A stretch of 64,000 nt of DNA from Escherichia coli (GTDB taxonomy: Bacteria; Pseudomonadota; Gammaproteobacteria; Enterobacterales; Enterobacteriaceae). The stretch lies in assembly GCF_022846255.1 (NCBI RefSeq), contig NZ_AP025682.1; one strand, 5' to 3'. The notes under the pieces are model-generated. The model searched no databases and had not been told where the DNA came from. It saw only the letters and a program-made list of their open reading frames with translations. The translations under genes and the position numbers were made by a program. Below, piece by piece: positions 1 to 12,693 of the stretch. Positions within the stretch are counted from its first letter, which is position 1. Each line of letters begins with the position of its first letter.

Positions 1-325
1 AGGTCGCCAGCGCCAGGTTGATAAGCGCAAAGGCATAGACAATGGGTAGCAACAACCAGCCACGATTGCGAGAAGCCACAATGGTCATTACCGTACAGAT
101 CATCAAACTGACCAATGAACCAACGTTCAGCAGGCTGAGGTTTTGTCCGCTATCACCGTCGGGCAGGATGCGGGCTTCCAGAGCGATTGCGTGGCAGACC
201 AGCGCGATGACCGCAGAAATAATAGCCATGCGCCGCCAGCCGCCGTTTTTTTGCAGCAGACCGGGAACAATCAGCGCAAGACTGACGGAGTAGGCGACAA
301 GCGCGAGCAGAGCAAAAACGGGCAT
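1..325 (-). CDS. ypjD: Inner-membrane protein YpjD, N-terminal part only (gene runs off the window start); an alternative upstream ATG is at 400
   Basis: Hand translation of the minus strand from 400 downward gives MQRLEQRSPDAILLLFLIAQTVDITMPVFALLALVAYSVSLALIVPG..., hydrophobic and membrane-like; divergent from ffh as in K-12. Absent from the ORF track because it has no in-window stop. Confidence 0.7.
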   Translation of the reverse strand, partial: MPVFALLALVAYSVSLALIVPGLLQKNGGWRRMAIISAVIALVCHAIALEARILPDGDSGQNLSLLNVGSLVSLMICTVMTIVASRNRGWLLLPIVYAFALINLALAT

Positions 326-491
326 AGTAATGTCGACAGTTTGAGCAATAAGAAAGAGAAGCAGTATAGCGTCAGGTGAACGCTGCTCCAACCGTTGCAT
401 AACAACAAAGACGCCTTCATGTTATACTGCGGCAAAATACTGATGATGTGTCGCGATTGCGGCCAACCGTTTCCACCCCAGGCGAGAGACA

Positions 492-1853
492 ATGTTTGAT
501 AATTTAACCGATCGTTTGTCGCGCACGCTGCGCAATATCAGTGGCCGTGGACGCCTCACTGAAGACAACGTAAAAGATACGCTGCGCGAAGTGCGCATGG
601 CGCTGCTGGAGGCGGACGTCGCTCTGCCGGTAGTGCGTGAGTTTATCAATCGCGTAAAAGAGAAAGCGGTTGGTCATGAAGTTAATAAGAGCCTGACGCC
701 GGGGCAGGAGTTCGTCAAAATTGTCCGTAACGAACTGGTTGCGGCGATGGGCGAAGAGAACCAGACCCTGAACCTGGCTGCGCAACCGCCTGCGGTCGTG
801 CTGATGGCGGGCCTGCAAGGTGCCGGTAAAACAACCAGCGTTGGTAAACTCGGTAAGTTCCTGCGCGAGAAGCACAAGAAGAAAGTGCTGGTGGTTTCTG
901 CCGACGTCTATCGCCCGGCGGCAATCAAACAGCTTGAGACGCTGGCAGAGCAGGTGAGCGTTGATTTCTTCCCTTCTGATGTTGGTCAGAAGCCGGTAGA
1001 TATCGTTAACGCGGCGCTGAAAGAAGCCAAACTGAAATTCTACGACGTGCTGCTGGTGGATACTGCCGGTCGTCTGCACGTTGACGAAGCGATGATGGAC
1101 GAGATCAAACAAGTCCATGCGTCGATTAATCCGGTTGAAACCCTGTTTGTGGTCGATGCCATGACCGGTCAGGATGCGGCCAATACGGCAAAAGCATTCA
1201 ATGAAGCGTTACCGCTTACCGGTGTAGTGTTGACCAAAGTGGACGGCGATGCCCGCGGCGGTGCGGCGCTCTCTATTCGTCACATCACTGGCAAACCGAT
1301 CAAGTTCCTCGGTGTTGGCGAGAAAACCGAGGCGCTGGAGCCATTCCATCCGGACCGTATTGCCTCCCGTATTCTCGGCATGGGCGACGTACTGTCACTG
1401 ATCGAAGATATCGAAAGCAAGGTTGACCGCGCGCAGGCAGAGAAATTAGCCAGCAAGCTGAAAAAAGGCGACGGCTTCGATCTCAACGACTTTCTTGAGC
1501 AGCTGCGCCAGATGAAAAATATGGGCGGCATGGCTAGCCTGATGGGCAAGCTGCCGGGCATGGGGCAGATCCCGGATAACGTCAAGTCACAGATGGACGA
1601 TAAAGTGCTGGTGCGTATGGAAGCCATCATCAACTCGATGACGATGAAAGAGCGCGCTAAGCCAGAAATCATCAAAGGTTCGCGTAAGCGTCGTATCGCT
1701 GCCGGTTGCGGTATGCAGGTGCAGGACGTTAACCGTCTTCTGAAACAGTTCGACGACATGCAGCGCATGATGAAGAAAATGAAGAAGGGCGGGATGGCGA
1801 AGATGATGAGAAGCATGAAAGGGATGATGCCGCCGGGATTTCCTGGTCGCTAA
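492..1853 (+). CDS. ffh: Signal recognition particle protein Ffh (453 aa)
   Basis: ORF 492..1853; GTPase motifs GLQGAGKTT and DTAGR, Met-rich C-terminal M domain; length matches Ffh. Confidence 0.97.
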   Translation: MFDNLTDRLSRTLRNISGRGRLTEDNVKDTLREVRMALLEADVALPVVREFINRVKEKAVGHEVNKSLTPGQEFVKIVRNELVAAMGEENQTLNLAAQPPAVVLMAGLQGAGKTTSVGKLGKFLREKHKKKVLVVSADVYRPAAIKQLETLAEQVSVDFFPSDVGQKPVDIVNAALKEAKLKFYDVLLVDTAGRLHVDEAMMDEIKQVHASINPVETLFVVDAMTGQDAANTAKAFNEALPLTGVVLTKVDGDARGGAALSIRHITGKPIKFLGVGEKTEALEPFHPDRIASRILGMGDVLSLIEDIESKVDRAQAEKLASKLKKGDGFDLNDFLEQLRQMKNMGGMASLMGKLPGMGQIPDNVKSQMDDKVLVRMEAIINSMTMKERAKPEIIKGSRKRRIAAGCGMQVQDVNRLLKQFDDMQRMMKKMKKGGMAKMMRSMKGMMPPGFPGR

Positions 1854-1911
1854 ATGACCTTATGCGACAGAGTTATTAACTGCTGATTGCATTTTCTCCA
1901 GAAATCAGTAA

Positions 1912-2238
<327 letters not shown>

Positions 2239-2256
2239 TCTGTCACGGTGGTCATG

Positions 2257-2805
2257 ATGAGCAAACAACTCACCGCGCAAGCACCTGTTGATCCCATCGT
2301 TTTGGGAAAAATGGGTTCGTCTTACGGTATTCGTGGGTGGCTCAGAGTGTTTTCTTCCACCGAAGACGCCGAAAGCATTTTTGACTATCAGCCCTGGTTT
2401 ATCCAGAAGGCGGGTCAGTGGCAGCAAGTCCAACTGGAAAGCTGGAAGCACCACAATCAGGACATGATCATCAAGCTGAAAGGCGTTGACGATCGTGATG
2501 CGGCGAACCTGCTGACGAATTGTGAAATTGTCGTGGATTCATCGCAGTTGCCTCAGCTTGAAGAGGGGGACTACTACTGGAAAGACCTGATGGGCTGCCA
2601 GGTAGTAACCACTGAAGGCTACGATCTCGGTAAAGTCGTAGATATGATGGAAACCGGATCTAATGACGTTCTCGTCATTAAGGCAAACCTGAAAGATGCG
2701 TTTGGTATCAAGGAACGTCTCGTACCGTTCCTCGATGGGCAGGTTATCAAGAAAGTCGATCTCACTACTCGTTCAATCGAAGTAGATTGGGATCCTGGTT
2801 TTTAA
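2257..2805 (+). CDS. rimM: Ribosome maturation factor RimM (182 aa)
   Basis: [32 protein letters not shown]; the track ORF begins at a GTG at 2248, the ATG at 2257 gives the canonical length. Confidence 0.93.
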
Positions 2806-2835
2806 ACCACCGGATAAACGGTAAAAGACGGCGCT

Positions 2836-3603
2836 ATGTGGATTGGCATAATTAGCCTGTTTCCTGAAATGTTCCGCGCAATTACCGATTACGGGGTAAC
2901 TGGCCGGGCAGTTAAAAATGGCCTGCTGAGCATCCAGAGCTGGAGTCCTCGTGACTTCACGCATGACCGGCACCGTACCGTGGACGATCGTCCTTACGGC
3001 GGCGGACCGGGGATGTTAATGATGGTGCAACCCTTGCGGGACGCCATTCATGCAGCAAAAGCCGCGGCGGGTGAAGGCGCAAAGGTGATTTATCTGTCAC
3101 CACAGGGACGCAAGCTTGATCAAGCGGGCGTCAGCGAACTGGCAACGAATCAAAAATTGATTCTGGTGTGTGGTCGCTACGAAGGTATAGATGAGCGCGT
3201 GATCCAAACCGAAATTGACGAAGAATGGTCAATCGGCGATTACGTTCTCAGTGGTGGTGAGTTACCAGCAATGACGCTGATTGACTCCGTTTCCCGGTTT
3301 ATTCCGGGAGTACTGGGACATGAAGCCTCGGCAACGGAAGATTCCTTTGCTGAAGGATTGCTGGATTGCCCGCACTATACGCGGCCTGAGGTGTTAGAAG
3401 GGATGGAAGTTCCGCCAGTGTTACTGTCGGGCAACCATGCCGAGATACGTCGCTGGCGTTTGAAACAGTCGCTGGGCCGTACCTGGCTTAGAAGACCTGA
3501 ACTTCTGGAAAACCTGGCTCTGACTGAAGAGCAAGCAAGGTTGCTGGCGGAGTTCAAAACGGAACACGCACAACAGCAACATAAACATGATGGGATGGCG
3601 TAA
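2836..3603 (+). CDS. trmD: tRNA (guanine37-N1)-methyltransferase TrmD (255 aa)
   Basis: [13 protein letters not shown]...; position in the rpsP-rimM-trmD-rplS operon. Confidence 0.96.
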
Positions 3604-3641
3604 GCCCCCGAGATATCAGTTTACCCAGGATAAGAGATTAA

Positions 3642-3992
<351 letters not shown>

Positions 3993-4022
3993 GATTTCGC
4001 TTAAGCGACATCCTGTTAAGAA

Positions 4023-4051
4023 GGGCTGGCCAATTGGCTGGCCCTTTTTTT
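4023..4051 (+). terminator. Rho-independent terminator of the rpsP-rplS operon
   Basis: GC-rich imperfect palindrome gggctggccaattggctggccc followed by a run of T. Confidence 0.6.
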
Positions 4052-4068
4052 GTCTGTTTGCTCGTGTT

Positions 4069-4551
4069 TTAAGGGGTTGTAATCACCACTGCGACGCGGC
4101 GGTTCTCGGCGCGGCCCTGGGCGGTCTTGTTACTGGCTATGGGATATTTTTTTCCTAAACCCTGAGTGGTGAGATTGCTGCGCGGAATTTGTCCACCCAT
4201 AGCCCATGCATCGGCCACGACATTCGCCCGTTTCAATGATAAGACTTCGTTGTAACTGTCTTCACCATAGTTGTCGGTGTGTCCATCCATACGGGCATGT
4301 GTTAGCCCTGTCGAGGCCAATTTGGCTGCCATGGTTTGGATTTGTTGCTGGCTTTCCGGGAGCAATTTGTAGTCATTTTTTGCAAACAGAATGGCATCTG
4401 ATAAGCCCAGCGACCAGTCGCCGGCGGATTCAGTAAATCCATAAGATTGCATAGCGGCGACTTGCTCAGGAGTAAACTTTCCCTGAGGGGACTGGCAGCC
4501 AGTAAGTATTAGCGAGGTGAAAATCAGGGGTGCTAGCAGGTGCTTTATCAT
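4069..4551 (-). CDS. yfiB: OmpA-family outer-membrane lipoprotein YfiB (160 aa)
   Basis: Lipobox LTGC near the N-terminus; OmpA-like C-terminal motif NRRVAVVI; synteny with dgcN and yfiR. Confidence 0.92.
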   Translation of the reverse strand: MIKHLLAPLIFTSLILTGCQSPQGKFTPEQVAAMQSYGFTESAGDWSLGLSDAILFAKNDYKLLPESQQQIQTMAAKLASTGLTHARMDGHTDNYGEDSYNEVLSLKRANVVADAWAMGGQIPRSNLTTQGLGKKYPIASNKTAQGRAENRRVAVVITTP

Positions 4552-4566
4552 ATCGATATATCCTTG

Positions 4567-5793
4567 TTATCTCACCAGCTTTTCGGCACGCTGGTGTTTG
4601 GCCTGATACATATTGTGATCGGCAAGCTCTTGTAAATTTTCCGCAGAGGCGTGCTCAATAGTCATCGCGTAACCAATGCTTAATGTCATGGTAGTTTGAT
4701 GGCCATTATGAAGATCAAACGGGAGATTAAAAATTTGTGTCAGTGCTGAGCATATCTGCTGCACTTCAGATTCCGACTGTACATCATAGAGCACCATAGC
4801 GAATTCATCGCCGCCCAGGCGGTATGCTTTATGTCGCAGCCCGCCAAATTCAGCTAACCGTTTTGCTATTTCAATCAAGACTCTATCGCCCGTCGCATGA
4901 CCCCAGGTATCATTGATATATTTGAAATTATCGCCATCAAGAAATAGTAACGCCGACGTTTTTCGGGCATCGGAATTGTTCATCAACGTGTTGATGCCGC
5001 TACGAAACGCTGCGCGGTTAGCCAGCCCGGTTAATGGGTCATGTAGCGCGGTACGTAGAAGCTGCGCATTTTTGGCCTGTAAACGAAGCTGCCACTCTTC
5101 CATTTCATCCAGCAGACTGTTGAAGTCGAGAGCGAAGCGGTGAAACTCAGCGATACGTTCTTCCGAAACTCGTCGGGAAAAATTGCGGTTAGAACGCACA
5201 TCATGTACGACATCGGTGATATTTTTCAGCGCTTCCACCAGGCCATTGTGCAAATGGCGGGTGAGGGTAATTGCGATGCCTGATGCCAGCAGAATACAAC
5301 CGGTCAGGACAGCGAGCGAAAACCAGATAAAATGGCTGATTGAACTGTCGCGAGCAGTTAAGCGTACTTCGCCAATGGTTTCACCATTGTGGCGAATCGG
5401 CTGAATGATGGGGGCAGGGAAGAGCCAGTGGCTTATGAAATTGCTGAAAGTATCGCCTGGTTCCTTATGGGTGTAATGCCAGGATGCCAGAATATTTTGC
5501 TGCTTATCACGCACTTCTGCAGTTGAAAATTGGCCTTGCTGGCCCAGCGCTGCCAGTGTTTCAGTTGCTGCAGGGCCATCGGCAAAAACGACAGCTGCTT
5601 CCAGACTGTAAGTCATTGTTGCTGCTGTCAGTGCCAGGTTTTTTTGCGCGTATTGTTTCAGGGTTAGCACTGACGTCACGGAAAGCAGCAGCCAGATCAG
5701 CGTCATAGTGATAAATATGCTGGTCATGCTGATGTTGCGTAATGCTCTTTTAAACGTGGGGCGCTTATGAAGAGAATTATCGTTATCCATCAT
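4567..5793 (-). CDS. dgcN: Diguanylate cyclase DgcN/YfiN (408 aa)
   Basis: Two transmembrane segments, HAMP-like region and a GGDEF domain (RLGGDEF motif). Confidence 0.93.
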   Translation of the reverse strand: MMDNDNSLHKRPTFKRALRNISMTSIFITMTLIWLLLSVTSVLTLKQYAQKNLALTAATMTYSLEAAVVFADGPAATETLAALGQQGQFSTAEVRDKQQNILASWHYTHKEPGDTFSNFISHWLFPAPIIQPIRHNGETIGEVRLTARDSSISHFIWFSLAVLTGCILLASGIAITLTRHLHNGLVEALKNITDVVHDVRSNRNFSRRVSEERIAEFHRFALDFNSLLDEMEEWQLRLQAKNAQLLRTALHDPLTGLANRAAFRSGINTLMNNSDARKTSALLFLDGDNFKYINDTWGHATGDRVLIEIAKRLAEFGGLRHKAYRLGGDEFAMVLYDVQSESEVQQICSALTQIFNLPFDLHNGHQTTMTLSIGYAMTIEHASAENLQELADHNMYQAKHQRAEKLVR

Positions 5794-6301
5794 TTTTCTT
5801 CCGTGCGAGCATTAAGACATCCGGGTTGACCTTTACACCGCTACGCGATAAGGCATCCAGGTTTACGGCAAATCTGACGTCATTATTGTGGATGATCAGA
5901 CAAAAGGCGCTACCAATAATGCACTCGGTATTTTGTTCGGCAATTAATAATAACGCCTTTGACGGATATTGTTCGGTTAATTCCATCTGGAATGTCGGTG
6001 ACTCGTTGCCAAAATAAAAACCATTGCAGCCTGAAATTATCGCCTCTTGTTGAGTATGAATGATGACAGGCAGATAAGGTAAAGATGTAGCAGCATTTTC
6101 TTGTAAGGCGGTACTAAAACGTGAAGATGAAAAGATACATAACTTTGGTGGCCCTGATAGCCCAGGCCAGCGGGTGTAACTGACAATACCGGAAACCATC
6201 ATACGCACGTTTTTCGCAACGTCAGAAGGTTCCTGAGCGAGTATTGGTGCTCCCGTCAGCAGGAGAATCAGCAGTAAGAACAGTCGGTGAGAAAAACGCA
6301 T
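5783..6301 (-). CDS. yfiR: Periplasmic repressor of DgcN, YfiR (172 aa)
   Basis: Signal peptide; overlaps the dgcN start as in the K-12 yfiRNB operon. Confidence 0.9.
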   Translation of the reverse strand: MRFSHRLFLLLILLLTGAPILAQEPSDVAKNVRMMVSGIVSYTRWPGLSGPPKLCIFSSSRFSTALQENAATSLPYLPVIIHTQQEAIISGCNGFYFGNESPTFQMELTEQYPSKALLLIAEQNTECIIGSAFCLIIHNNDVRFAVNLDALSRSGVKVNPDVLMLARKKNDG

Positions 6302-6449
6302 TCAGGGATCCTCACCATCTTCGCTCGAAATGCATCGATATTTTTTCAGAATGCTCATTAAAATATCATCCTTTCATGCGGTCGTCATCAATGTGAGAAA
6401 TAAAACATAATGAGTAAAATCTCATGCTTAATTGATTTTGGGGGGGTAA

Positions 6450-6815
6450 TTAATTTAATCGTATTGTGCTGGCATTTTCATCAGCCCCTTTTCGCCATAC
6501 TTCATGCAGTTGGCTGGCATTTTCAACATTATTGCAGCTGGCAGGAAAGCTTTTACCAGAAAGTCCCCGGGCATAAGTAAAATCGGTCTGGCAAGTTTTC
6601 TTTTGCCCTTCGGCATATCCTTTAAGGTATAGACCGCGATCCGCCTGTGAATCGCTAAATGCATCGTCATCTTTAATGGCGCTGCCCGATATCGCATCTT
6701 CCATACCAACATCATACCAGTCGGTGCTGGTCAAGGTTGGCGCGTGAGTATAAGGATCAATCTGACATCCGCTAACCAGTAAAGCCAACAAGGGGGCGAT
6801 AAATTTTTTCATCAT
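6450..6815 (-). CDS. yfiL: Lipoprotein YfiL
   Basis: MMKKFIAPLLALLVSGCQ lipobox; start placed at the first ATG (6815); the track ORF extends to a TTG at 6833. Confidence 0.85.
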   Translation of the reverse strand: MMKKFIAPLLALLVSGCQIDPYTHAPTLTSTDWYDVGMEDAISGSAIKDDDAFSDSQADRGLYLKGYAEGQKKTCQTDFTYARGLSGKSFPASCNNVENASQLHEVWRKGADENASTIRLN

Positions 6816-6860
6816 TTCTTTCTCCTTTTTCAAAGCATAGCGGATTGTTTTTAAAGCTGG

Positions 6861-6930
6861 TGTAAATTTATTTATACAGAAATAAGGGGAAAAAGCGCGA
6901 ATAAATTGCTTATGTAAAGAAATATGTACG
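6861..6930 (+). promoter_or_regulatory. aroF promoter region with TyrR-box-like sequences
   Basis: TGTAAATTTATTTATACA at 6861..6878 and TGTAAAGAAATATGTACG at 6913..6930 resemble the TyrR box consensus TGTAAA-N6-TTTACA; located upstream of aroF. Confidence 0.5.
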
Positions 6931-7024
6931 AAATATGGATTGAAAACTTTACTTTATGTGTTATCGTTACGTCATCCTCGCTGAGGATCAACTATCGCAA
7001 ACGAGCATAAACAGGATCGCCATC

Positions 7025-8095
7025 ATGCAGAAAGACGCGCTGAATAACGTACATATTACCGCCGAACAGGTTTTAATGACTCCGGAACAACTGAAGGCCG
7101 CTTTTCCATTAAGCCTGCAACAAGAAGCCCAGATTGCTGACTCGCGTAAAACCATTTCAGATATTATCGCCGGGCGCGATCCTCGTCTGCTGGTAGTATG
7201 TGGTCCTTGTTCCATTCATGATCCGGAAACTGCTCTGGAATATGCTCGTCGATTTAAAGCCCTTGCCGCAGAGGTCAGCGATAGCCTCTATCTGGTAATG
7301 CGCGTCTATTTTGAAAAACCCCGTACCACTGTCGGCTGGAAAGGGTTAATTAACGATCCCCATATGGATGGCTCTTTTGATGTAGAAGCCGGGCTGCAGA
7401 TCGCGCGTAAATTGCTGCTTGAGCTGGTGAATATGGGACTGCCACTGGCGACGGAAGCGTTAGATCCGAATAGCCCGCAATACCTGGGCGATCTGTTTAG
7501 CTGGTCAGCAATTGGTGCTCGTACAACGGAATCGCAAACTCACCGTGAAATGGCCTCCGGGCTTTCCATGCCGGTTGGTTTTAAAAACGGCACCGACGGC
7601 AGTCTGGCAACGGCAATTAACGCTATGCGTGCCGCCGCCCAGCCGCACCGTTTTGTTGGCATTAACCAGGCAGGGCAGGTTGCGTTGCTACAAACTCAGG
7701 GGAATCCGGACGGGCATGTGATCCTGCGCGGTGGTAAAGCGCCAAACTATAGCCCTGCGGATGTTGCGCAATGTGAAAAAGAGATGGAACAGGCGGGACT
7801 GCGCCCGTCTCTGATGGTAGATTGCAGCCACGGTAATTCCAATAAAGATTATCGCCGTCAGCCTGCGGTGGCAGAATCCGTGGTTGCTCAAATCAAAGAT
7901 GGCAATCGCTCAATTATTGGTCTGATGATCGAAAGTAATATCCACGAGGGCAATCAGTCTTCCGAGCAACCGCGCAGTGAAATGAAATACGGTGTATCCG
8001 TAACCGATGCCTGCATTAGCTGGGAAATGACCGATGCCTTGCTGCGTGAAATTCATCAGGATCTGAACGGGCAGCTGACGGCTCGCGTGGCTTAA
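7025..8095 (+). CDS. aroF: Tyr-sensitive DAHP synthase AroF (356 aa)
   Basis: [30 protein letters not shown]...; start at ATG 7025 inside the longer track ORF. Confidence 0.95.
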   Translation: MQKDALNNVHITAEQVLMTPEQLKAAFPLSLQQEAQIADSRKTISDIIAGRDPRLLVVCGPCSIHDPETALEYARRFKALAAEVSDSLYLVMRVYFEKPRTTVGWKGLINDPHMDGSFDVEAGLQIARKLLLELVNMGLPLATEALDPNSPQYLGDLFSWSAIGARTTESQTHREMASGLSMPVGFKNGTDGSLATAINAMRAAAQPHRFVGINQAGQVALLQTQGNPDGHVILRGGKAPNYSPADVAQCEKEMEQAGLRPSLMVDCSHGNSNKDYRRQPAVAESVVAQIKDGNRSIIGLMIESNIHEGNQSSEQPRSEMKYGVSVTDACISWEMTDALLREIHQDLNGQLTARVA

Positions 8096-8105
8096 GAGGT
8101 TTATT

Positions 8106-9227
8106 ATGGTTGCTGAATTGACCGCATTACGCGATCAAATTGATGAAGTCGATAAAGCGCTGCTGAATTTATTAGCGAAGCGTCTGGAACTGGTTGCTGA
8201 AGTGGGCGAGGTGAAAAGCCGCTTTGGACTGCCTATTTATGTTCCGGAGCGCGAGGCATCTATGTTGGCCTCGCGTCGTGCAGAGGCGGAAGCTCTGGGT
8301 GTACCGCCAGATCTGATTGAGGATGTTTTGCGTCGGGTGATGCGTGAATCTTACTCCAGTGAAAACGACAAAGGATTTAAAACGCTTTGTCCGTCACTGC
8401 GCCCGGTGGTTATCGTCGGTGGTGGCGGTCAGATGGGACGTCTGTTCGAGAAGATGCTGACACTCTCGGGTTATCAGGTGCGGATTCTGGAGCAACATGA
8501 CTGGGATCGAGCGGCTGATATTGTTTCCGATGCCGGAATGGTGATTGTTAGTGTGCCCATCCACGTTACTGAGCAAGTTATCGGCAAATTACCGCCTTTA
8601 CCGAAAGATTGTATTCTGGTTGATCTGGCATCGGTGAAAAATGGACCATTACAGGCCATGCTGGCGGCGCACGATGGCCCGGTGCTGGGGTTACACCCGA
8701 TGTTCGGCCCGGACAGCGGTAGCCTGGCAAAGCAAGTTGTGGTCTGGTGTGATGGACGTAAGCCGGAAGCATACCAATGGTTTCTGGAGCAAATTCAGGT
8801 CTGGGGCGCTCGGTTGCATCGTATTAGCGCTGTCGAGCACGATCAGAATATGGCGTTTATTCAGGCTCTGCGCCACTTTGCTACTTTTGCTTATGGGCTG
8901 CACCTGGCAGAAGAAAATGTTCAGCTTGAGCAACTACTGGCGCTCTCTTCGCCGATTTACCGCCTTGAGCTGGCGATGGTCGGGCGACTGTTTGCTCAGG
9001 ATCCGCAGCTTTATGCCGACATTATTATGTCGTCAGAGCGTAATCTGGCGTTAATCAAACGTTACTATAAGCGTTTCGGCGAGGCGATTGAGCTGCTGGA
9101 GCAGGGCGATAAGCAGGCGTTTATTGACAGTTTCCGCAAGGTGGAGCACTGGTTCGGCGATTACGCACAGCGTTTTCAGAGTGAAAGCCGCGTGTTATTG
9201 CGTCAGGCGAATGACAATCGCCAGTAA
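8106..9227 (+). CDS. tyrA: Chorismate mutase / prephenate dehydrogenase TyrA (373 aa)
   Basis: [37 protein letters not shown] chorismate-mutase N-terminus followed by GGGGQMG Rossmann motif. Confidence 0.96.
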   Translation: MVAELTALRDQIDEVDKALLNLLAKRLELVAEVGEVKSRFGLPIYVPEREASMLASRRAEAEALGVPPDLIEDVLRRVMRESYSSENDKGFKTLCPSLRPVVIVGGGGQMGRLFEKMLTLSGYQVRILEQHDWDRAADIVSDAGMVIVSVPIHVTEQVIGKLPPLPKDCILVDLASVKNGPLQAMLAAHDGPVLGLHPMFGPDSGSLAKQVVVWCDGRKPEAYQWFLEQIQVWGARLHRISAVEHDQNMAFIQALRHFATFAYGLHLAEENVQLEQLLALSSPIYRLELAMVGRLFAQDPQLYADIIMSSERNLALIKRYYKRFGEAIELLEQGDKQAFIDSFRKVEHWFGDYAQRFQSESRVLLRQANDNRQ

Positions 9228-9233
9228 TAATCC

Positions 9234-9263
9234 AGTGCCGGATGATTCACATCATCCGGCACT
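9234..9263. terminator. Terminator hairpin between convergent tyrA and pheA
   Basis: Perfect 13-bp inverted repeat agtgccggatgat / atcatccggcact with loop tcac, followed by TTTTT on the plus strand. Confidence 0.65.
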
Positions 9264-9269
9264 TTTTCA

Positions 9270-10430
9270 TCAGGTTGGATCAACAGGCACTACGTTCTCA
9301 CTTGGGTAACAGCCCAATACCTTCATCGAACGGGTGATTTCCCCTAACTCTTTCAATGCTTTTTGCATTTCCGCTGATTCAAGATTGGCCTGAATATCCA
9401 GATAAAACATCTCTTCCCACGGATTACCGTGAATCGGACGTGATTCCAGACGGGTCATAATCAGACTGTGATTGCGCAGTACCAGCAACGCTTCAACCAG
9501 TGCACCAGCTTGTTGTCCGGTCGCCATTAACAACGTCGTTTTCGCCGGAACCTGGTCAGAAACGTTAATGGCTTTACGTGCCAACACCACAAATCGGGTG
9601 AAGTTTTGTCGCTGATTCGCTTCAATACGCTCCAGTACCTGCAAACCGTACAAAGTGCCGCCAGCTTCGCTTCCCAACGCAGCAACATGCGGTGATTTTG
9701 CCTGTGCAACCTTTTCCATTGCCGCAGACGTACTTTCGGTATATTCAATCTTCCAGTGCGGATAACGATTAAGGAATTTGCTGCATTGCTGGAATGGCTG
9801 CGGATGGCTGTAGACCGTATTGATGGCGGATAAATCAGTAGTGCCGGAGACCAACAAACAATGATCGATAGTTAACGTCATCTCGCCAACAATCGACAAA
9901 CTGGTATGTTGCAGCAGATCGTAAACGTCGTTTATGGCACCGGAGCTGGTATTTTCAATCGGTACGACGGCATAGTCGGCCTGGCCGGTTTCCACCTGAT
10001 TAAAAATATCGGCAAATTTGGCGCAGCCACTTTCAATGAATTGCTCAAAGTGACGAGCAGCATACTGGCGCGCCGCAAGATGGGAATAAGAACCTTTGGG
10101 GCCGAGAAAAGCGATGCGTGCTGAGTGCGGATTAATTTTATTGAGATGTTGTTGGAGCAAAGCCTGCTGAGTTAATACGGAATCTTCAATGATGAGCTGG
10201 AACAGGCGAGTAATGTAATGGGCGTCCAGATGGTGCGCTTTACCGAGCGTAATTAATCTTTCCAGCAAATCGCGTTCACGATCAATATCACGTACCGGGC
10301 GATGCGAGAGCAGTTTGGCTTTTCCCACCTCGACGGCCAGTTCGCGTCGCTCTGCCAGTAATGCTAATAATTTTTCATCCAGCGCGCTGATTTTCTCTCG
10401 CAGCGCCAGTAACGGGTTTTCCGATGTCAT
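9270..10430 (-). CDS. pheA: Chorismate mutase / prephenate dehydratase PheA (386 aa)
   Basis: [40 protein letters not shown]...; ACT domain at the C-terminus. Confidence 0.96.
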   Translation of the reverse strand: MTSENPLLALREKISALDEKLLALLAERRELAVEVGKAKLLSHRPVRDIDRERDLLERLITLGKAHHLDAHYITRLFQLIIEDSVLTQQALLQQHLNKINPHSARIAFLGPKGSYSHLAARQYAARHFEQFIESGCAKFADIFNQVETGQADYAVVPIENTSSGAINDVYDLLQHTSLSIVGEMTLTIDHCLLVSGTTDLSAINTVYSHPQPFQQCSKFLNRYPHWKIEYTESTSAAMEKVAQAKSPHVAALGSEAGGTLYGLQVLERIEANQRQNFTRFVVLARKAINVSDQVPAKTTLLMATGQQAGALVEALLVLRNHSLIMTRLESRPIHGNPWEEMFYLDIQANLESAEMQKALKELGEITRSMKVLGCYPSENVVPVDPT

Positions 10431-10439
10431 AGTGTTGCC

Positions 10440-10528
10440 TTTTTGTTATCAATAAAAAAGGCCCCCCGATTTGGGAGGCCTTATTGTTCGTCTTCGCATT
10501 CTGTTTCACACGACGAAACGCCTCCCAT
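10440..10528 (-). promoter_or_regulatory. pheA transcription attenuator (terminator/antiterminator region)
   Basis: On the minus strand ggcctcccaaatcggggggcc hairpin followed by a U-run, lying between pheL and pheA. Confidence 0.7.
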
Positions 10529-10576
10529 TCAGGGGAAGGTAAAAAAGAATGCGAAGAAAAACGGTGTGTGTTTCAT
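10529..10576 (-). CDS. pheL: pheA leader peptide PheL (15 aa, [15 protein letters not shown])
   Basis: Minus-strand reading atgaaacacataccgtttttcttcgcattcttttttaccttcccctga; seven Phe codons; too short for the ORF track. Confidence 0.9.
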   Translation of the reverse strand: [15 protein letters not shown]

Positions 10577-10679
10577 GTTTGTTTCCTTAAGTGACTTTAG
10601 TACAGTACCCGTACTGTTTTCACGCTGTCAACAAAAAACGCGCCCGAAGGCGCGTTGGCGATACACTCAATATAAAGGA

Positions 10680-11075
<396 letters not shown>

Positions 11076-11254
11076 TCAAAATGTGTGATGGAAATCTCAT
11101 AATTTTGTCACTTTTTGTCAACGAATCTTTTTTGTGAGAAATCGCAGGAAGAGGTGTTTTTTTACTTGAGGAATATCTCAAAGCGAGCCATATTTGATGA
11201 GATCGATAGTGACTAAATCGCTTCAGTTTCACAACTAACAGAATAAAAAAACGG

Positions 11255-11267
11255 CAGCTCAAGGCTG
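11255..11267. repeat. IS4 target-site duplication, left copy (cagctcaaggctg)
   Basis: Exact 13-bp direct repeat of 12694..12706, immediately flanking the IS4 inverted repeat. Confidence 0.85.
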
Positions 11268-12693
11268 TAATGCCAGTCAGTTAAGCAACTGACTGGCTCT
11301 TTTTCGGGGCTGTGGGGTATTTCCAGGGCCTCTCCTTTACCACTCTCGGGAAGGCCCTTTCCCTTCTTGTCGGTAATTTCACAAGTTGTCCCATACTTGC
11401 AAGATCGCGCATCAGCTCCGGTATACGTCCCGGTGAAGCGCCCTGCAATGTCATCAGCATTCTCATCACCATTCCACATGATTCTGAGAAACTCAGTTGA
11501 TTCGGCCAGTAACCTTTCAGATGTTCCGCCATTTTAATCATCTGATATCTCACCAGATTATAAGCCAGTAAGACACCCCACAGCTCTTGCTCCACAAGCT
11601 CCGGTTTTTTACTTCTCAGCGTCAGCCTGCTCAGTTGCATCGTCTGTTTTATCTCCCTGTATCCCAGTTCGATTTCCCAGCGATGACTGTACAGATCCGC
11701 CATTTCTCCTCCGGGGAAGCGCATGGCGTCCGTCATCGACGTCAGCAGATGGCAGACTTTTCCTTTGCGCGTCACGGTCAGCAGGCGGGCTGTCACTTCA
11801 TTTCCCAGTCCCGGCCACTTTTTTCGTGCCTGCGGGCTGGTTTTCAGCTTCACCAGATGATCGCCTTTACCCAGTTTTCTGATCTCTTCATATTGCGCTC
11901 CCTTTCTGAGAGGTATCATCCAGTGGCGGTGTTCTCCCGCCAGGCTCCAGGCATTTAACAGTCCCAGTGAGTAATAACCTTTATCCATTAACGTCAGAGT
12001 GTTATCGCCGGTTTGTTCTATAAGTTGCTCAGCAAGCTCATTTTCGCTGTTCTTCATCGTGCCGAAGGCTGCAGCCGTCAGCAGATGGCTGGTCAGTTCC
12101 ATCTGGCAGACCATTTTGACCTGCGGGTAGAGCGCCGGGTTCCCGGCATGTGTCTGGCGGGGGAAGGCTGCATCGTTCTCTGGTGTATCCGGTGTGCGCC
12201 AGAACACACCATCGATGGCCAGCAGGGTCAGGCCGCACCAGTGCGGATGCGGCGTGGCGTTATGCCAGAGCTGCGCTGTTTTCGTGAACACGCGGCGGAC
12301 AGCCTCACTTCCCAGGCGCTGGCGGGCCTGAATAACGGCACTGGGGGCAACGAAGGGGCGATTGCCCGGCAGCATGATGTCCAGGCGATTCACAATCTGG
12401 TGAAGAGGTTCTTTACGCTCAAGCGCCATGCCAACAATACACCAGACCATCATTTCGAGGGGAAGACGGCGCTTGCGTAGCGTTACAGTACCTGATTCGG
12501 CAAGGCAACGAGAGATGAGTTCGGGGTCGAGGTAATCCCCCAGAGAAGTCAGTGGGTTACGCAGAGAATCGTAACGGGATACCAGATCAAGAGCCTGTCC
12601 AATGTGCATAAAAAAATCCGGAAACAAGTGAGCGTTTCCGGATTCTTACACAGCCACTGGATCGGTCAACTGATCCTTAACTGATCGGCATTA
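11268..12693 (-). mobile_element. Insertion sequence IS4 (1426 bp), intact
   Basis: Terminal inverted repeats taatgccagtcagttaag (left) and cttaactgatcggcatta (right); single transposase ORF; flanked by a 13-bp direct repeat. Confidence 0.9.
11281..12609 (-). CDS. insG: IS4 transposase InsG (442 aa from [10 protein letters not shown]; track ORF extends to 12627)
   Basis: DDE transposase; sequence recalled as IS4 transposase (…[14 protein letters not shown]… region). Confidence 0.9.
   Translation of the reverse strand: MHIGQALDLVSRYDSLRNPLTSLGDYLDPELISRCLAESGTVTLRKRRLPLEMMVWCIVGMALERKEPLHQIVNRLDIMLPGNRPFVAPSAVIQARQRLGSEAVRRVFTKTAQLWHNATPHPHWCGLTLLAIDGVFWRTPDTPENDAAFPRQTHAGNPALYPQVKMVCQMELTSHLLTAAAFGTMKNSENELAEQLIEQTGDNTLTLMDKGYYSLGLLNAWSLAGEHRHWMIPLRKGAQYEEIRKLGKGDHLVKLKTSPQARKKWPGLGNEVTARLLTVTRKGKVCHLLTSMTDAMRFPGGEMADLYSHRWEIELGYREIKQTMQLSRLTLRSKKPELVEQELWGVLLAYNLVRYQMIKMAEHLKGYWPNQLSFSESCGMVMRMLMTLQGASPGRIPELMRDLASMGQLVKLPTRRERAFPRVVKERPWKYPTAPKKSQSVA

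Noticed and set aside
42-379. Plus-strand ORFs of 83 and 78 aa at the window start
   Set aside because: The minus strand here encodes the membrane protein YpjD N-terminus, which fits synteny and hydrophobicity; plus-strand ORFs are shadows.
504-1816. Minus-strand ORFs of 178-204 aa inside ffh
   Set aside because: Antisense shadow ORFs of a highly conserved gene; no RBS context.
12013-12480. 155-aa plus-strand ORF inside IS4
   Set aside because: Antisense to the IS4 transposase; IS4 is known to encode a single transposase.
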